Shown one piece after another: positions 7,778-17,800 of a stretch of DNA of 64,000 bases. The translations under genes and the position numbers were made by a program. This DNA is from Acidimicrobiales bacterium (GTDB taxonomy: Bacteria > Actinomycetota > Acidimicrobiia > Acidimicrobiales > Bog-793): positions 13,545 through 77,544 of the forward strand of contig JBEKBT010000002.1 of assembly GCA_050015255.1 (NCBI GenBank). The letters run 5' to 3'. Positions within the stretch are counted from its first letter, which is position 1. Each line of letters starts with the position of its first letter. The notes below the pieces were generated by a model. That model had not been told where the DNA came from. It made no database searches and saw only the letters and a program-made list of their open reading frames with translations.

Positions 7778-9268
7778 TTGCGCCGCATCGTAGCGGGGGA
7801 CCGGAAGCGATGCGCCGCCACGTACCATGACAACGTGGACAGCGCCGCGCGTTGGGCTCGCCTCACCCGGCTTGTTCGAAGCGCCATCCACGATCTGTTC
7901 GACCAGTCGGAGCCCTTCGGCAGGCTCGCGCTCGTCCACGCCATCTTCTCCACGGGCACGACGCTCGTGACCATCTCGCTCGCCGGGACCTTGTTCTTCA
8001 CGATCTCGCCGGAGGCTGCCAAGGGCAAGGTCGTCCTCTACCTGTTGCTCACGATCACGCCATTTGCCGTAGTCGCCCCGGCCCTCAGCCCCCTGCTCGA
8101 CCGGGGCAGCTATGCCAGGCGCACGAGCATGGCGGTCGCGTCGGTCGGCAGCGCCGTCCTCGTCCTCTTCATGGCCGGCGACATCAAGGGACTGCTCTTG
8201 TTCCCCGAGGCATTCGGGGTTCTTGTGCTCTCCAAGCTCTACCTCGTCGCCAAGGCCGCCCTCGTGCCATCGATGACCGAGACCGATGACGATCTCGCGA
8301 GTGCGAACGCGAAGCTTGCCGTGCTCGCCTCGCTCGCCGGCTTCATCGTCTCGCCGGTTGCCGTGGGACTCCTCCAGCTCGGGGCACCTTGGGTCTTGAG
8401 GCTTGCGTTCGCCGTGTTCCTTCTCGGCGGCGTGGCCGCGATGCGCCTTCCGAAGATCCTCGACACGCGCGTCTCCAGGCCAGTGGCCAAGCCGGCGGAG
8501 AGGACGCCCGGCGGTGAGCCCATCCTGGGGCCACCTGTTCCCGCAGGCGCCCCATCACAACAAGGCGCCGGGTTCCCGCCCCCCGACGACCCGGCCCGTT
8601 CCAGCCGCGACCCTCGGGCACGCTTCGACGTCGCTCGCGAGCGCCAGCGGCTGGGGCTCCCTCTCTATGTCCCCGAGGTGGTGCTCGGCCTGGCGGCGAT
8701 GTCCGTGATCAGGGGGGCAGTCGGTTTCATGACCTTCTTCCTGGCGTTCGCGCTGCGCTCTCTTCACGCCCGCACCTGGTGGTTCGGATTTGTCCTCCTG
8801 ACAAGCGCGATCGGCTCGCTGGCCGGATCGCTCCTGGTGCCGGTTCTGCGCAAGTATCTCTCCGAGCAGCAGCTGATCCTCTACTCGCTGATGCTGGCGG
8901 CGCTGGCGGGCATGCTCGTCGCGGTGGCGGGCTCGTTGTGGGCCCAGCCGTTTCTCACCTTCGCCATCGGGTTCGCGACCACGGCGGCAAAGCCGTGTTT
9001 CGACTCGATGGCGCAAAAGCACGTGGCTCCGGCTCTGCTCGGGCGCGCTTTTGCCCGCTTCGAGACGCAGTTGCAACTGGTCTGGGTCCTGTGCGCGTTG
9101 CTGGCCGTGATAGTCGGCTTCTCCCTGCAGGCAGGGGACGTCTTGATCGGTGTGACCTGTGCCGTCGCGGCAGGGTTCTACGTGTCGATGCGGAGGGCCG
9201 TGCTCCAGAGCCGCCCCGCGCAACCCCGATCGGGTCAGGGCGACATACCGGGCACGTCGCTGAACTGA
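7778..9268 (+). CDS. MFS-type transporter (12 predicted TM helices with a central loop)
   Basis: 496 aa ORF. Six hydrophobic helices, a Pro/Arg-rich central loop (RPVAKPAERTPGGEPILGPP...), then six more helices. The start is uncertain (TTG 7778 or GTG 7835). Confidence 0.75.
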   Translation: MRRIVAGDRKRCAATYHDNVDSAARWARLTRLVRSAIHDLFDQSEPFGRLALVHAIFSTGTTLVTISLAGTLFFTISPEAAKGKVVLYLLLTITPFAVVAPALSPLLDRGSYARRTSMAVASVGSAVLVLFMAGDIKGLLLFPEAFGVLVLSKLYLVAKAALVPSMTETDDDLASANAKLAVLASLAGFIVSPVAVGLLQLGAPWVLRLAFAVFLLGGVAAMRLPKILDTRVSRPVAKPAERTPGGEPILGPPVPAGAPSQQGAGFPPPDDPARSSRDPRARFDVARERQRLGLPLYVPEVVLGLAAMSVIRGAVGFMTFFLAFALRSLHARTWWFGFVLLTSAIGSLAGSLLVPVLRKYLSEQQLILYSLMLAALAGMLVAVAGSLWAQPFLTFAIGFATTAAKPCFDSMAQKHVAPALLGRAFARFETQLQLVWVLCALLAVIVGFSLQAGDVLIGVTCAVAAGFYVSMRRAVLQSRPAQPRSGQGDIPGTSLN

Positions 9269-9439
9269 GCAATACCCCGCCGGCAATTGCAAGCCGTCAT
9301 CCGGCCCCGCGTCCTGCGCCGTAGTCCCCTCCGAGACGTGCCCGGGACGAGCCCGGGGCCGGCGGCTCTCACATCAGGTGGCGACGTGTCCCGCCTGCGG
9401 TGCGGCCGTTGGCAACCTTCGGACAAGGAGGCCAGGTAG

Positions 9440-9730
9440 ATGGCAAGCATTTCCCGACGGATGTTCCTCAAGCAGGGCGGGACCGGGGTCGCAGCAGCCG
9501 GTTTCCTCGCCGCCATACCGTCCTTGCCGGGACGGGTGTGGGCGGCACGCAAGCCCGCGAGCGTTCACGCCAACGGTGTCGCCGCACCCCAAGGGCGCGC
9601 TGCCACTGGGCCGCTCGTCGTGCACATGGCCGACCCGCGCACCGGTGAGGTTCACCTCATGGTCGGCACCCGCGAAGTGGTCCGCCGTGACTCGTCGCTT
9701 GTCGCACGGCTTGTGCGAGAGGCGGGTTAG
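9440..9730 (+). CDS. small protein with twin-arginine (Tat) signal peptide
   Basis: 96 aa. AAGGAGG lies 9 nt upstream of the ATG. MASISRRMFLKQGGTGVAAAGFLAAIPSLPG carries the SRRxFLK Tat motif plus an h-region. The mature part is only ~60 aa. Confidence 0.6.
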   Translation: MASISRRMFLKQGGTGVAAAGFLAAIPSLPGRVWAARKPASVHANGVAAPQGRAATGPLVVHMADPRTGEVHLMVGTREVVRRDSSLVARLVREAG

Positions 9731-9824
9731 CCAGGCACCGCCGCCCGGCAGCGCCAGTCCCGGTCGCCGACAGGCGACCTTGATATCGCACTGCGATCCC
9801 AGACGAAAGGTGAGGTAACCGACC

Positions 9825-10343
9825 ATGTCTTCCCACCGAGAAGCTCCCGAGATCTCAAAGGATGCCGTCGCAGACAGCGCGGACCTTTATGCCTTCGTGA
9901 GCCCCGACAACCCCAGCACGGTCACGATCGTCGCGAGCTACGTACCCCTTCAACAGCCCGCCGGAGGGCCGAATTTCTACGAGTTCGGCGACGACGTGCT
10001 CTACGAGATCCACATCGACAACGACGGTGACGCTCGCGCGGACATCACCTACCAGTTCCGATTCAACACCGTGCTCGCAGACATCGGCGTGCACGACCTG
10101 TTCCTGTACAGCACGGGTCAGATCAAGCACCTGAGCGACACCACGTGGAACCGCAAGCACTTCTATTCGGTCACCCACACCGACAAGAACGGCTTGCCCC
10201 GGGTGGGCCGCAGCGCCACGGTCTACGCCGCGGTGTTCCCGAGCCTCCCGGCGGGCGACTACGCCGTGGTCGGGCCGGACGGCTCGATCACGGCGATCGT
10301 GCCAGTTCCCGCCAATCAGGTCACGAGTGCGACCTGGGGCTGA
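9825..10343 (+). CDS. DUF4331-family protein, N-terminal portion only (probably truncated)
   Basis: MSSHREAPEISKDAVADSADLYAFVSPDNPSTVTIVASYVPLQQPAGGPNFYEFGDDVLYEIHIDNDGDARADITYQFRF is the canonical DUF4331 N-terminus. The ORF stops at 172 aa, whereas family members I recall are several hundred aa. Confidence 0.7.
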   Translation: MSSHREAPEISKDAVADSADLYAFVSPDNPSTVTIVASYVPLQQPAGGPNFYEFGDDVLYEIHIDNDGDARADITYQFRFNTVLADIGVHDLFLYSTGQIKHLSDTTWNRKHFYSVTHTDKNGLPRVGRSATVYAAVFPSLPAGDYAVVGPDGSITAIVPVPANQVTSATWG

Positions 10344-10361
10344 CGGGAACGTGCCGGTCCC

Positions 10362-10407
10362 GCTCGCCCGGACGGCGCTCGCCGGGGACGGAGCTCGCCG
10401 GGACGGC
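10362..10407. repeat. three tandem 15-16 nt units in a convergent intergenic gap
   Basis: gctcgcccggacggc / gctcgccggggacgga / gctcgccgggacggc, lying immediately 5' of the pckG stop complement (10410-10412). Confidence 0.85.
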
Positions 10408-10409
10408 TG

Positions 10410-12200
10410 TCAATCGAGGCGTTTCTTGAGACCCTCGAGCTGGTCGGACATTGCGACGGGCAGCCGATCTCCGAACTGGCCGAAGTAATCGGCGATAGGG
10501 GGCAGCTCGGCGCGCCACTCGTCGCGGTGGACTCGCAGCAGCTCGGTCATGTCCTCTTCGGAGATGTCAAGGCCTTCGACGTCGATCGCGTCGGGGGCGG
10601 GCAGGTAGCCGATCGGGGTCTCGACGGCTTCACCGCGCCCGCCGCAGCGCTCGAACACCCAGGCCAGCACGCGGGAGTTCTCGCCGAAACCGGGCCACAG
10701 CCAGCGCCCGTCCGTGCCCTTCCGGAACCAGTTGACAGAGAAGATCCGGGGCAGATTCGCCTCGTCCTGGCTGTCGCGGAACGACAGCCAGTGCGCCCAG
10801 TAGTCGGCCATGTTGTACCCGCAGAAGGGCAGCATCGCGAACGGATCGCGTCTCAGGTTTCCGACCGCCCCCGCGGCGGCAGCCGTCGTCTCCGAGGACA
10901 TGGTCGCGCCGAGGAAAACGCCGTGGGCCCAGTCAAAAGCCTCGTGGACGAGCGGGACAACCGACGCCCGCCTGCCGCCGAAGAGGATCGCGGATATGGG
11001 GACGCCCTTCGGGTCCTCCCACTCGCTGGCGATCGCCGGGCACTGGCTGGCCGGAGCGGTGAAGCGTGAATTCGGGTACGCGGCCGGTGTGGAGGCCTCC
11101 GGGGTCCACTCATTGCCGCGCCAGTCGGTGCAATGTTCCGGCGGCTCTGTGGTCAGGCCCTCCCACCAGACATCGCCGTCGTCGGTGAGCGCCGTGTTCG
11201 TGAAGATGCAGTTGGCCTCGAGCGTGAGCACCGCGTTCGGGTTGGTGACCATGTTCGTACCCGGCGCCACACCGAAGAAACCGGCCTCCGGATTGATCGC
11301 CCGCAGCGTCCCGTCAGGACCGACCTTCATCCAGCAGATGTCGTCCCCGATCGTCTCGACCTTCCAGCCTGGCATCGTCGGGACGAGCATGGCGAGATTC
11401 GTCTTGCCGCAGGCCGAGGGAAAGGCCCCGGTCACGTAGCGGACCTCGCCGCCAGGTGAGGTCAGCTTCAAGATCAGCATGTGTTCGGCCAGCCAGCCCT
11501 CATCGCGCCCTATCACCGAGGCGATCCGCAGCGCGAAGCACTTCTTGCCCAAGAGGGCATTGCCTCCGTAACCGGAACCGAACGACCAGATCTCGCGAGT
11601 GTCGGTGAAGTGGGTGACGTAGACGTGACTTAATTGACAAGGCCACGCCACGTCCTGCTGTCCCGCCTCGAGGGGGGCGCCGACCGAGTGCAGGCACTGC
11701 ACGAAGTCCCCATCGTCGCCGATCACCTCGAGCACCCCCGTGCCCATCCTCGTCATGATGCGCATGTTCACTACCACATACGGCGAGTCGGTGATCTCGA
11801 CGCCGACGTGCGCGATGGGAGACCCGAGGGGTCCCATGCAGAACGGCACCACGTACATGGTCCGCCCCCGCATCGCCCCACAGAACAAGTCGGTCATCGT
11901 GGCGCGCATCTCGTCGGGGTCCACCCAGTTGTTGGTAGGGCCCGCATCCCTCGGGTCGGTTGGGCAGACAAAGGTACGGTCCTCGACGCGGGCGACGTCG
12001 GCCGGGTCCGAACGGGCCAGGTAGCTGTTCGGGCGCTTTGCATCGGACAACTTCGTGAAAGTTCCCCGGTCGACGAGGAGCTGGCACAGCCTGTCGTACT
12101 CGTCGGCCGAACCGTCGCACCACTCGACCCGCGCGGGTTGGGTGAGCGCCGCGACCTCGTCGACCCAGGCGAGGAGCTTGCGGTTGCTGGTCTTTGCCAT
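10410..12200 (-). CDS. pckG: phosphoenolpyruvate carboxykinase (GTP)
   Basis: Track ORF 10410..12236; likely start is ATG 12200 ([17 protein letters not shown]...). GTP-PEPCK motifs: [36 protein letters not shown]. Confidence 0.95.
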   Translation of the reverse strand: MAKTSNRKLLAWVDEVAALTQPARVEWCDGSADEYDRLCQLLVDRGTFTKLSDAKRPNSYLARSDPADVARVEDRTFVCPTDPRDAGPTNNWVDPDEMRATMTDLFCGAMRGRTMYVVPFCMGPLGSPIAHVGVEITDSPYVVVNMRIMTRMGTGVLEVIGDDGDFVQCLHSVGAPLEAGQQDVAWPCQLSHVYVTHFTDTREIWSFGSGYGGNALLGKKCFALRIASVIGRDEGWLAEHMLILKLTSPGGEVRYVTGAFPSACGKTNLAMLVPTMPGWKVETIGDDICWMKVGPDGTLRAINPEAGFFGVAPGTNMVTNPNAVLTLEANCIFTNTALTDDGDVWWEGLTTEPPEHCTDWRGNEWTPEASTPAAYPNSRFTAPASQCPAIASEWEDPKGVPISAILFGGRRASVVPLVHEAFDWAHGVFLGATMSSETTAAAAGAVGNLRRDPFAMLPFCGYNMADYWAHWLSFRDSQDEANLPRIFSVNWFRKGTDGRWLWPGFGENSRVLAWVFERCGGRGEAVETPIGYLPAPDAIDVEGLDISEEDMTELLRVHRDEWRAELPPIADYFGQFGDRLPVAMSDQLEGLKKRLD

Positions 12201-12298
12201 TGGCCGATCGTAGGCGAGCCCCCGGCAAGCGCCCAAGTCGCCTGGCCAGCCTTGCTGACGACCACTGCCCGCCCGTGTCGGCGGTAGCGTCCGAAGTT

Positions 12299-13231
12299 GT
12301 GTCAGGTGACGACGGCGAGATGGCTGCGATCGAGATCATCCGCCAAGCCGTGCCACAACCACCCCAGGGCCAGACCTGGATCGGTGACGATGCCGCCGTC
12401 GTGTCCAGTCCTCCGGGCGGGTCACTGCTGCTCGCAGCGGACGTCGTGGTCGAAGGCGTGCACTTCGACCTCGGTCTCGTGGACGCGGCGGACGTGGGCT
12501 GGAAGGCGCTCGCCGTCAACGTGAGCGACATCGCAGCTATGGGCGGCCGGCCCCTGCACGCCCTCGTGACGGTAGCCGGGGCCAGTGCCTCGATGATCGA
12601 CGGGTTGGCCCGCGGTCTCGCCGAAGCCTCAGCTGCCTACCAGTGCGCGGTCGTTGGCGGCGACCTCTCGTCGGGACCGTGCCTCGTCGTCTCTGTGGCC
12701 ATCACGGGCACCTCGGACAACCGGCCGGCGATCCTCCGTAGCAATGCCCGCCCAGGTGACGCGCTGTTCGTCACGGGGCCTCTCGGCCGCTCGGCGGCGG
12801 GGCTCCGGGCCCTTCGCGCCCAGCTCACCGGCGCCGGGCCGGCACCGGCCGACCTCGCCGCCGCTTATCGCCGCCCCGTCGCCCGGCTGGGCGAGGGGAG
12901 GGCAGCTTCAGCAGGCGGGGCGACAGCGATGATCGACGTCTCCGACGGGTTCGGGATCGATCTCGACCGCCTCGCGACCGCTTCTGGAGTCGGTGTCGTC
13001 CTCGACTCGCTCCCGGTGGCCGAGGGTGCGACGCGTGACGAAGCGCTGGGAGGCGGTGAGGACTACGAGCTCATCTTCGCCGCCGCCGATCCCGTCGCGG
13101 TCTCGAAGGCCTTCACGGCCGCCGGCCTTCGGCCGCCTATCCACATCGGTGCGTGCGTCTCGAACCCGGCGACGAGGCGGATAGGCGATGAGCCTCTGGA
13201 GGCCTCAGGGTGGGAGCACCGTCTCCGCTGA
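12299..13231 (+). CDS. thiL: thiamine-monophosphate kinase
   Basis: Track ORF 12194..13231. [11 protein letters not shown]...IGDDAAVV...[15 protein letters not shown]...[17 protein letters not shown]...GGDL...DVSDG are AIR-synthase-like ThiL motifs. The start is uncertain (GTG 12275/12299 or ATG 12320). Confidence 0.85.
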   Translation: MSGDDGEMAAIEIIRQAVPQPPQGQTWIGDDAAVVSSPPGGSLLLAADVVVEGVHFDLGLVDAADVGWKALAVNVSDIAAMGGRPLHALVTVAGASASMIDGLARGLAEASAAYQCAVVGGDLSSGPCLVVSVAITGTSDNRPAILRSNARPGDALFVTGPLGRSAAGLRALRAQLTGAGPAPADLAAAYRRPVARLGEGRAASAGGATAMIDVSDGFGIDLDRLATASGVGVVLDSLPVAEGATRDEALGGGEDYELIFAAADPVAVSKAFTAAGLRPPIHIGACVSNPATRRIGDEPLEASGWEHRLR

Positions 13232-13238
13232 GCCTGTA

Positions 13239-13268
13239 GCTCAGCTCGGACTCTCGCTCAGCTCGGAC
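13239..13268. repeat. 13-nt perfect direct repeat (period 17) at the rpmB stop, adjoining a 7-bp hairpin at the thiL stop
   Basis: gctcagctcggac (13239-13251) tctc gctcagctcggac (13256-13268). Hairpin gctgagc-ctgta-gctcagc at 13227-13245. Confidence 0.9.
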
Positions 13269-13476
13269 GTCCGGCGAGGATCCGCCGCGGTGGCTTGACG
13301 ACCCTGCCCGCGCGGATGCAAGAGGTGCAGACGTTCAGATGTGTCGGGGTCCCCTCCACAAGCGCCCGGACGCGCTGGATGTTGGGGTCCCAGCGGCGCT
13401 TCGTGCGCCGATGGGAGTGGGACACGTTCATCCCGAAGCTCGGGTGTTTCTCACATATCTCGCATACGGCTGCCAC
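13258..13476 (-). CDS. rpmB: 50S ribosomal protein L28
   Basis: 72 aa: [62 protein letters not shown] start. Confidence 0.95.
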   Translation of the reverse strand: MAAVCEICEKHPSFGMNVSHSHRRTKRRWDPNIQRVRALVEGTPTHLNVCTSCIRAGRVVKPPRRILAGRPS

Positions 13477-13617
13477 GATGACGCGTTCCCCAAGAGAGAG
13501 TTCCTACAAATGGACGAGGTGTCACGTTAGCATCCATTGGAATGGCGCCGTGCGTGACCGATCCGCGACCATCGGTACCACCATGCCGACGGCATCACCC
13601 CAAGGCGTCGTGAGCCG

Positions 13618-15417
13618 GTGACCGGACATCCCGCAGACGCCGATCCCGCCGACGGTCTGACTCCTGAGAGCCTGGTGAGGGTGATGCACGCCTTCTCCGA
13701 AGGCTTGGAGCGACACCGCTCCGTGGTGAACCGGCTGAACGTCTATCCGGTGCCTGACGGCGATACCGGGACGAACATGGCGCTCACGGTCGAGAGCGTC
13801 GTAAGGGCTCTGGACGGCCTCGACCTCCAGGCGGCAGACGGCGATGCGATGGGTGCCGCATGCCGGGCAATCGCCAGCGGGTCGCTCATGGGGGCAAGGG
13901 GCAACTCAGGGGTGATCCTCTGCCAGATCCTCCGCGGCATCTCGGGCACGTTCGCTCCCTGCCAGGTGGTCGGGGCCCACGAGGCGGCAGTTGCTCTCGC
14001 CGAGGGCAGCGCAGCCGCGCGGGCAGGGGTCATGCACCCCGTCGAAGGCACGATGCTGACTGTCGCCGCGGACGCGGCGGCGGCTGCGCGTGAGGTGGAC
14101 GAGATCGGCGGTGGGGACCTGTTGGGCGTGTTCGAGGCGGCGAGGCAAGCCGCGGTCTCCTCGCTTTGGCGCACGCCCGAACTGCTGCCTGTGCTGGCGC
14201 AGGCCGGTGTAGTCGACGCGGGCGGCGCCGGGCTCGTGTTGATGTACGACGCCTTCCTGCACGTGATCGACGGGCGGCCGCCCGTCGATGAGCTGCCTTT
14301 GCCGCCAGAGGTCGCAGACCAGATCACCGGCGGTTTCGCGGCCGACCACTTCGTGCCGCCGGCTGGGAGCACGGGTGCGCGCCATGGAGTGACCGGCAAC
14401 GGCGCACGCGATCACGACAGCGCCAGGGACCGGCCCGCGACCGGCAACGGCGAGGCGGGGAGCGTCGAGGGTCCGCGTTATGAGGTCATGTACTTCCTCG
14501 ATGCTCCCGACGAGACGCTCGGGGCGTTCAAGGCCGTGTGGGCCGGCATCGGTGACTCGATAGTCGTCGTCGGCGGCGACGGGCTGTGGAACTGCCACAT
14601 CCATACCGACGACATCGGCGCCGCGATCGAAGCGGCGCTCGACGTGGGCCGCCCGCGCGACATACGCGTCACCGACCTGCGCGACCAGGTCGAAGAGGAG
14701 TCCTGGGTACGTCGGGCGGCCGAGCTCAGCGCCCCTCCGCCGAGCGTCGAGGAGCCAGCACCGGTGACCTCGGTCGTCGCGGTGGCGACGGGCGACGGGA
14801 TCCGTCGCATCTTCTACTCGCTGGGTGTTCACCACATCGTGGCCGGGGGCCAGTCGATGAACCCCTCCACCGAGCAGATCCTCGAGGTCGTCGAGTCCGT
14901 GCCGGGCAGAGAGGTCGTGATCCTCCCCGACAACAAGAACATCGTGGCTGTTGCCGAGCAGGTACGCGGGCTGTCGACAAAGCCCGTGTACGTCGTCGAT
15001 ACCCCCGGGATCCAGGAGGGCCTGGCCGCATTGCTCGAGTACGACCCCGGGGCGACGGGCGAGGAGAACGCACGGGCCATGGCCGCAGCAGCCCGCCGGG
15101 TGCGGGCCGGAGAGGTGACCCGGGCAGTCCGGGCGAGCGATTCGGAGGCGGGCCCGATCGAGACCAGGGACTGGATCGGCCTGTCGCGAAGTGGGGTCGA
15201 GTCAGTCGCTGCGACTCTCTCAGGGGCTACCTGCGGCCTTCTCGCGAAGATGCTCGGGGACGGGGACGAGATCGTCACCCTGATCGAGGGTGCCGGCGCC
15301 ACCGCGGCTGACACCCGGCGGGTCTCGGAGTGGTTGCGGGAGAACTGGCCGGGCATCTCCCTCGAACTGCACCACGGTGGCCAGCCGCTCTACCCGTACC
15401 TGGTCTCTGTCGAGTGA
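13618..15417 (+). CDS. yloV: DAK2 domain fusion protein (YloV family)
   Basis: 599 aa. LNVYPVPDGDTGTNMALT, GARGNSGVILCQI, and a C-terminal DegV-like half. Classic position upstream of recG. Confidence 0.9.
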   Translation: MTGHPADADPADGLTPESLVRVMHAFSEGLERHRSVVNRLNVYPVPDGDTGTNMALTVESVVRALDGLDLQAADGDAMGAACRAIASGSLMGARGNSGVILCQILRGISGTFAPCQVVGAHEAAVALAEGSAAARAGVMHPVEGTMLTVAADAAAAAREVDEIGGGDLLGVFEAARQAAVSSLWRTPELLPVLAQAGVVDAGGAGLVLMYDAFLHVIDGRPPVDELPLPPEVADQITGGFAADHFVPPAGSTGARHGVTGNGARDHDSARDRPATGNGEAGSVEGPRYEVMYFLDAPDETLGAFKAVWAGIGDSIVVVGGDGLWNCHIHTDDIGAAIEAALDVGRPRDIRVTDLRDQVEEESWVRRAAELSAPPPSVEEPAPVTSVVAVATGDGIRRIFYSLGVHHIVAGGQSMNPSTEQILEVVESVPGREVVILPDNKNIVAVAEQVRGLSTKPVYVVDTPGIQEGLAALLEYDPGATGEENARAMAAAARRVRAGEVTRAVRASDSEAGPIETRDWIGLSRSGVESVAATLSGATCGLLAKMLGDGDEIVTLIEGAGATAADTRRVSEWLRENWPGISLELHHGGQPLYPYLVSVE

Positions 15418-17738
15418 GCGAGGCGGCTGGAGGCCGCACGTTGCGGTTTCTCCAGGACAAGAGCGTGACAGAGCTGCGTGCCGTCAAGGCGCGAAAGGCC
15501 TCTGGCCTCGAGTCGATGGGCATCGAGACCGTTCTCGACCTGCTCATGCACTACCCCCGGCGCTGGATCGACCGCCGCCACCAGTCCGAGATCGCCGCCC
15601 TCGCCGAGGACGAGGAGGCGATGGTCACCGCCACGGTGCGACGTGTCTCGGCCCGCCGTTTGAGAGGTGGGAGGACGATGGTGCAGATCCTCGTCGAGGA
15701 CGCGACGGGGCGCCTTCAGCTCGTGTTCTTCAACCAGCCCTGGCGGGCCCGCCAGCTGGTGGTCGGCTCGGAGGTGGTCGTCTTCGGCCGCACCGAGGTC
15801 TACCGAGGCGGGCGCCAGATGACCAATCCCGTCGTGGACCTCGTCGGCGACCAGACGGGCCGCATCGTCCCCGTCTACCCGCAGTCGGGCAAGGCCAAGA
15901 TCGGCTCGGTCGAGATCGCCACCTACGTGAAAGAGGCCCTGGAGCGCACCGGACGCCTGGCGGAGGTCCTGCCGGGGCGGTTCATCGACGAGATCGGCCT
16001 TGCCGGGCGCACGGAGGCGTTCCGGGGGATTCACGCCCCGGAAAGCTTCGAGGAAAGAGACGTCGCCCGGCGCCGCCTGGCCTTCGACGAGCTGTTGAGG
16101 CTCCAGCTCATCCTCGTGATGCAAAAACGCGCCGCAGCCGCCCAGACCCCGGGGATCCCCCACGTCCTCAGGCCGGGGCCGGGCAAGGCGAGCCTCGTCG
16201 AGGAGTTCCTCGGGCGCTTGCCCTTCCAGCTGACCGAGGCCCAGGAGCGGGCCATCTCCGAGGTGGCGGCGGATCTGGCCGCCTCGCACCCGATGCACCG
16301 CCTCCTGCAGGGCGACGTCGGCGCGGGAAAGACGGTGGTAGCGCTGGCGACGCTCCTCTACGGCGTGCAGGGAGGCCACCAGGGGGCGCTCATGGTCCCG
16401 ACGGAGGTGCTCGCCGAGCAGCACTATCTCGCGGCTCGGGGCTTCCTCGCCGGCTTGGAGGTGGAGGACGGCACTCGCCTCGGAGGCACCCGCGCCCTCG
16501 AGGTCGCACTGCTCACGAGCCGGACGACGGTCAGCGAGCGCACGAGGATTCAAGCCGAGCTGGTGGACGGGCGCCTGGATCTCGTCGTGGGCACGCACGC
16601 GCTTTTGACCGACAATGTCCGTTTTCATTCCCTCGGGGTCGTCGTGATCGACGAGCAGCACCGGTTCGGGGTCGAGCAACGCGCCGCCTTGCGGGAGAAG
16701 GGCCCGAGCGCCGGCGCCGCCGACGGCCTCGCCGAGGCCGAGGTGGGCTCCCGGCACCCCGACGTGCTCGTCATGACGGCGACCCCGATCCCGCGCACGG
16801 CGGCCATGACGGTCTACGGCGATCTCGACCAGACAGTCCTCGACGAATTGCCCCTCGGGCGGACTCCGGTCAAGACAGCCTGGCTGAACGGGCCCGAGGA
16901 GTACCCGGCCGCCTGGGACCGGGTGCGCAAGGAGATCTCAGCCGGGCGCCAGGCCTATGTCATCTGCCCGCTCGTGGGCGGTGGCCAACCCGAGGACGAG
17001 GAGCCCGAGACCCTCGACGAGGCGTCTTTGGAGGAGGACGATCCGGAGGAGGACTTCGGCCGGCCGCACGCCCAGGTCATGCGGCTGCCCCTCGCCGGCC
17101 TTGGCCTCGAGCCTGAGGCGACGCCCAAGCAGGCCCCTAAGTCGGCGGTGGAGGAGTTTGCCCGCCTTTGCTCGGGCGAGCTCGCCGGCTTCGCCGTCGG
17201 CCTCCTGCACGGGCAGCTTGCTTCGAAGGAGAAGGAAGCCACGATGGCGGCTTTTCGCCGCGGCGAGCTCCAGGTACTCGTCGCGACGACGGTCATCGAG
17301 GTCGGCGTGGACGTGGCGAACGCCACCGTGATGGTGATCGAGGACGCCGAGCGCTTCGGCATCGCCCAGCTCCATCAGCTCCGAGGAAGGGTCGGCCGGG
17401 GGAGGGACGAGTCGTGGTGCTACCTGCTCGCCGAGGCCGTGACACCCGGGGCGGAAAGGCGCCTACGGGCACTCGAGGATTCCAGCGACGGCTTCGAGCT
17501 GGCAGAGGTCGACCTCGAGCTCCGAGGCGAGGGCACCGTCCTCGGGATCCGCCAAAAGGGCCGGAGCGACCTGCGCCTGGCCTCTTTGCGCCGGGACAAG
17601 GAGCTGGTCCGTCAGGCTCGCCGGGTGGCCGAGGCGATCGTCGATGCGGACCCGTCCCTCGAGGCGCATCCTCTGCTCGCCGAGGAGGTCCACCTGTTCG
17701 TGGACGAGGAGTCCGAGGAGTTCGTCTTGAAGGGCTGA
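15414..17738 (+). CDS. recG: ATP-dependent DNA helicase RecG
   Basis: Track ORF 15330..17738. GTG 15414 overlaps the yloV stop (GTGA). LLMHYPRRWIDR wedge region, helicase motifs GDVGAGKTVVA, DEQHRFGV, MTATPIPRT, QLHQLRGRVGRG. Confidence 0.95.
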   Translation: MSEAAGGRTLRFLQDKSVTELRAVKARKASGLESMGIETVLDLLMHYPRRWIDRRHQSEIAALAEDEEAMVTATVRRVSARRLRGGRTMVQILVEDATGRLQLVFFNQPWRARQLVVGSEVVVFGRTEVYRGGRQMTNPVVDLVGDQTGRIVPVYPQSGKAKIGSVEIATYVKEALERTGRLAEVLPGRFIDEIGLAGRTEAFRGIHAPESFEERDVARRRLAFDELLRLQLILVMQKRAAAAQTPGIPHVLRPGPGKASLVEEFLGRLPFQLTEAQERAISEVAADLAASHPMHRLLQGDVGAGKTVVALATLLYGVQGGHQGALMVPTEVLAEQHYLAARGFLAGLEVEDGTRLGGTRALEVALLTSRTTVSERTRIQAELVDGRLDLVVGTHALLTDNVRFHSLGVVVIDEQHRFGVEQRAALREKGPSAGAADGLAEAEVGSRHPDVLVMTATPIPRTAAMTVYGDLDQTVLDELPLGRTPVKTAWLNGPEEYPAAWDRVRKEISAGRQAYVICPLVGGGQPEDEEPETLDEASLEEDDPEEDFGRPHAQVMRLPLAGLGLEPEATPKQAPKSAVEEFARLCSGELAGFAVGLLHGQLASKEKEATMAAFRRGELQVLVATTVIEVGVDVANATVMVIEDAERFGIAQLHQLRGRVGRGRDESWCYLLAEAVTPGAERRLRALEDSSDGFELAEVDLELRGEGTVLGIRQKGRSDLRLASLRRDKELVRQARRVAEAIVDADPSLEAHPLLAEEVHLFVDEESEEFVLKG

Positions 17739-17800
17739 GCCGGCGTTCCGATCGGCGCGCGATTCGGGCACCTGGCAGGCCGGAGCCCTACCGTGGTGGC

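Noticed and set aside
15290-17116. 608-aa plus-strand ORF out of frame with recG, and the 455-aa antisense ORF 15390..16757
   Set aside because: The recG frame carries all helicase motifs. The alternative frames are Arg/Pro/Gly-rich artefacts.
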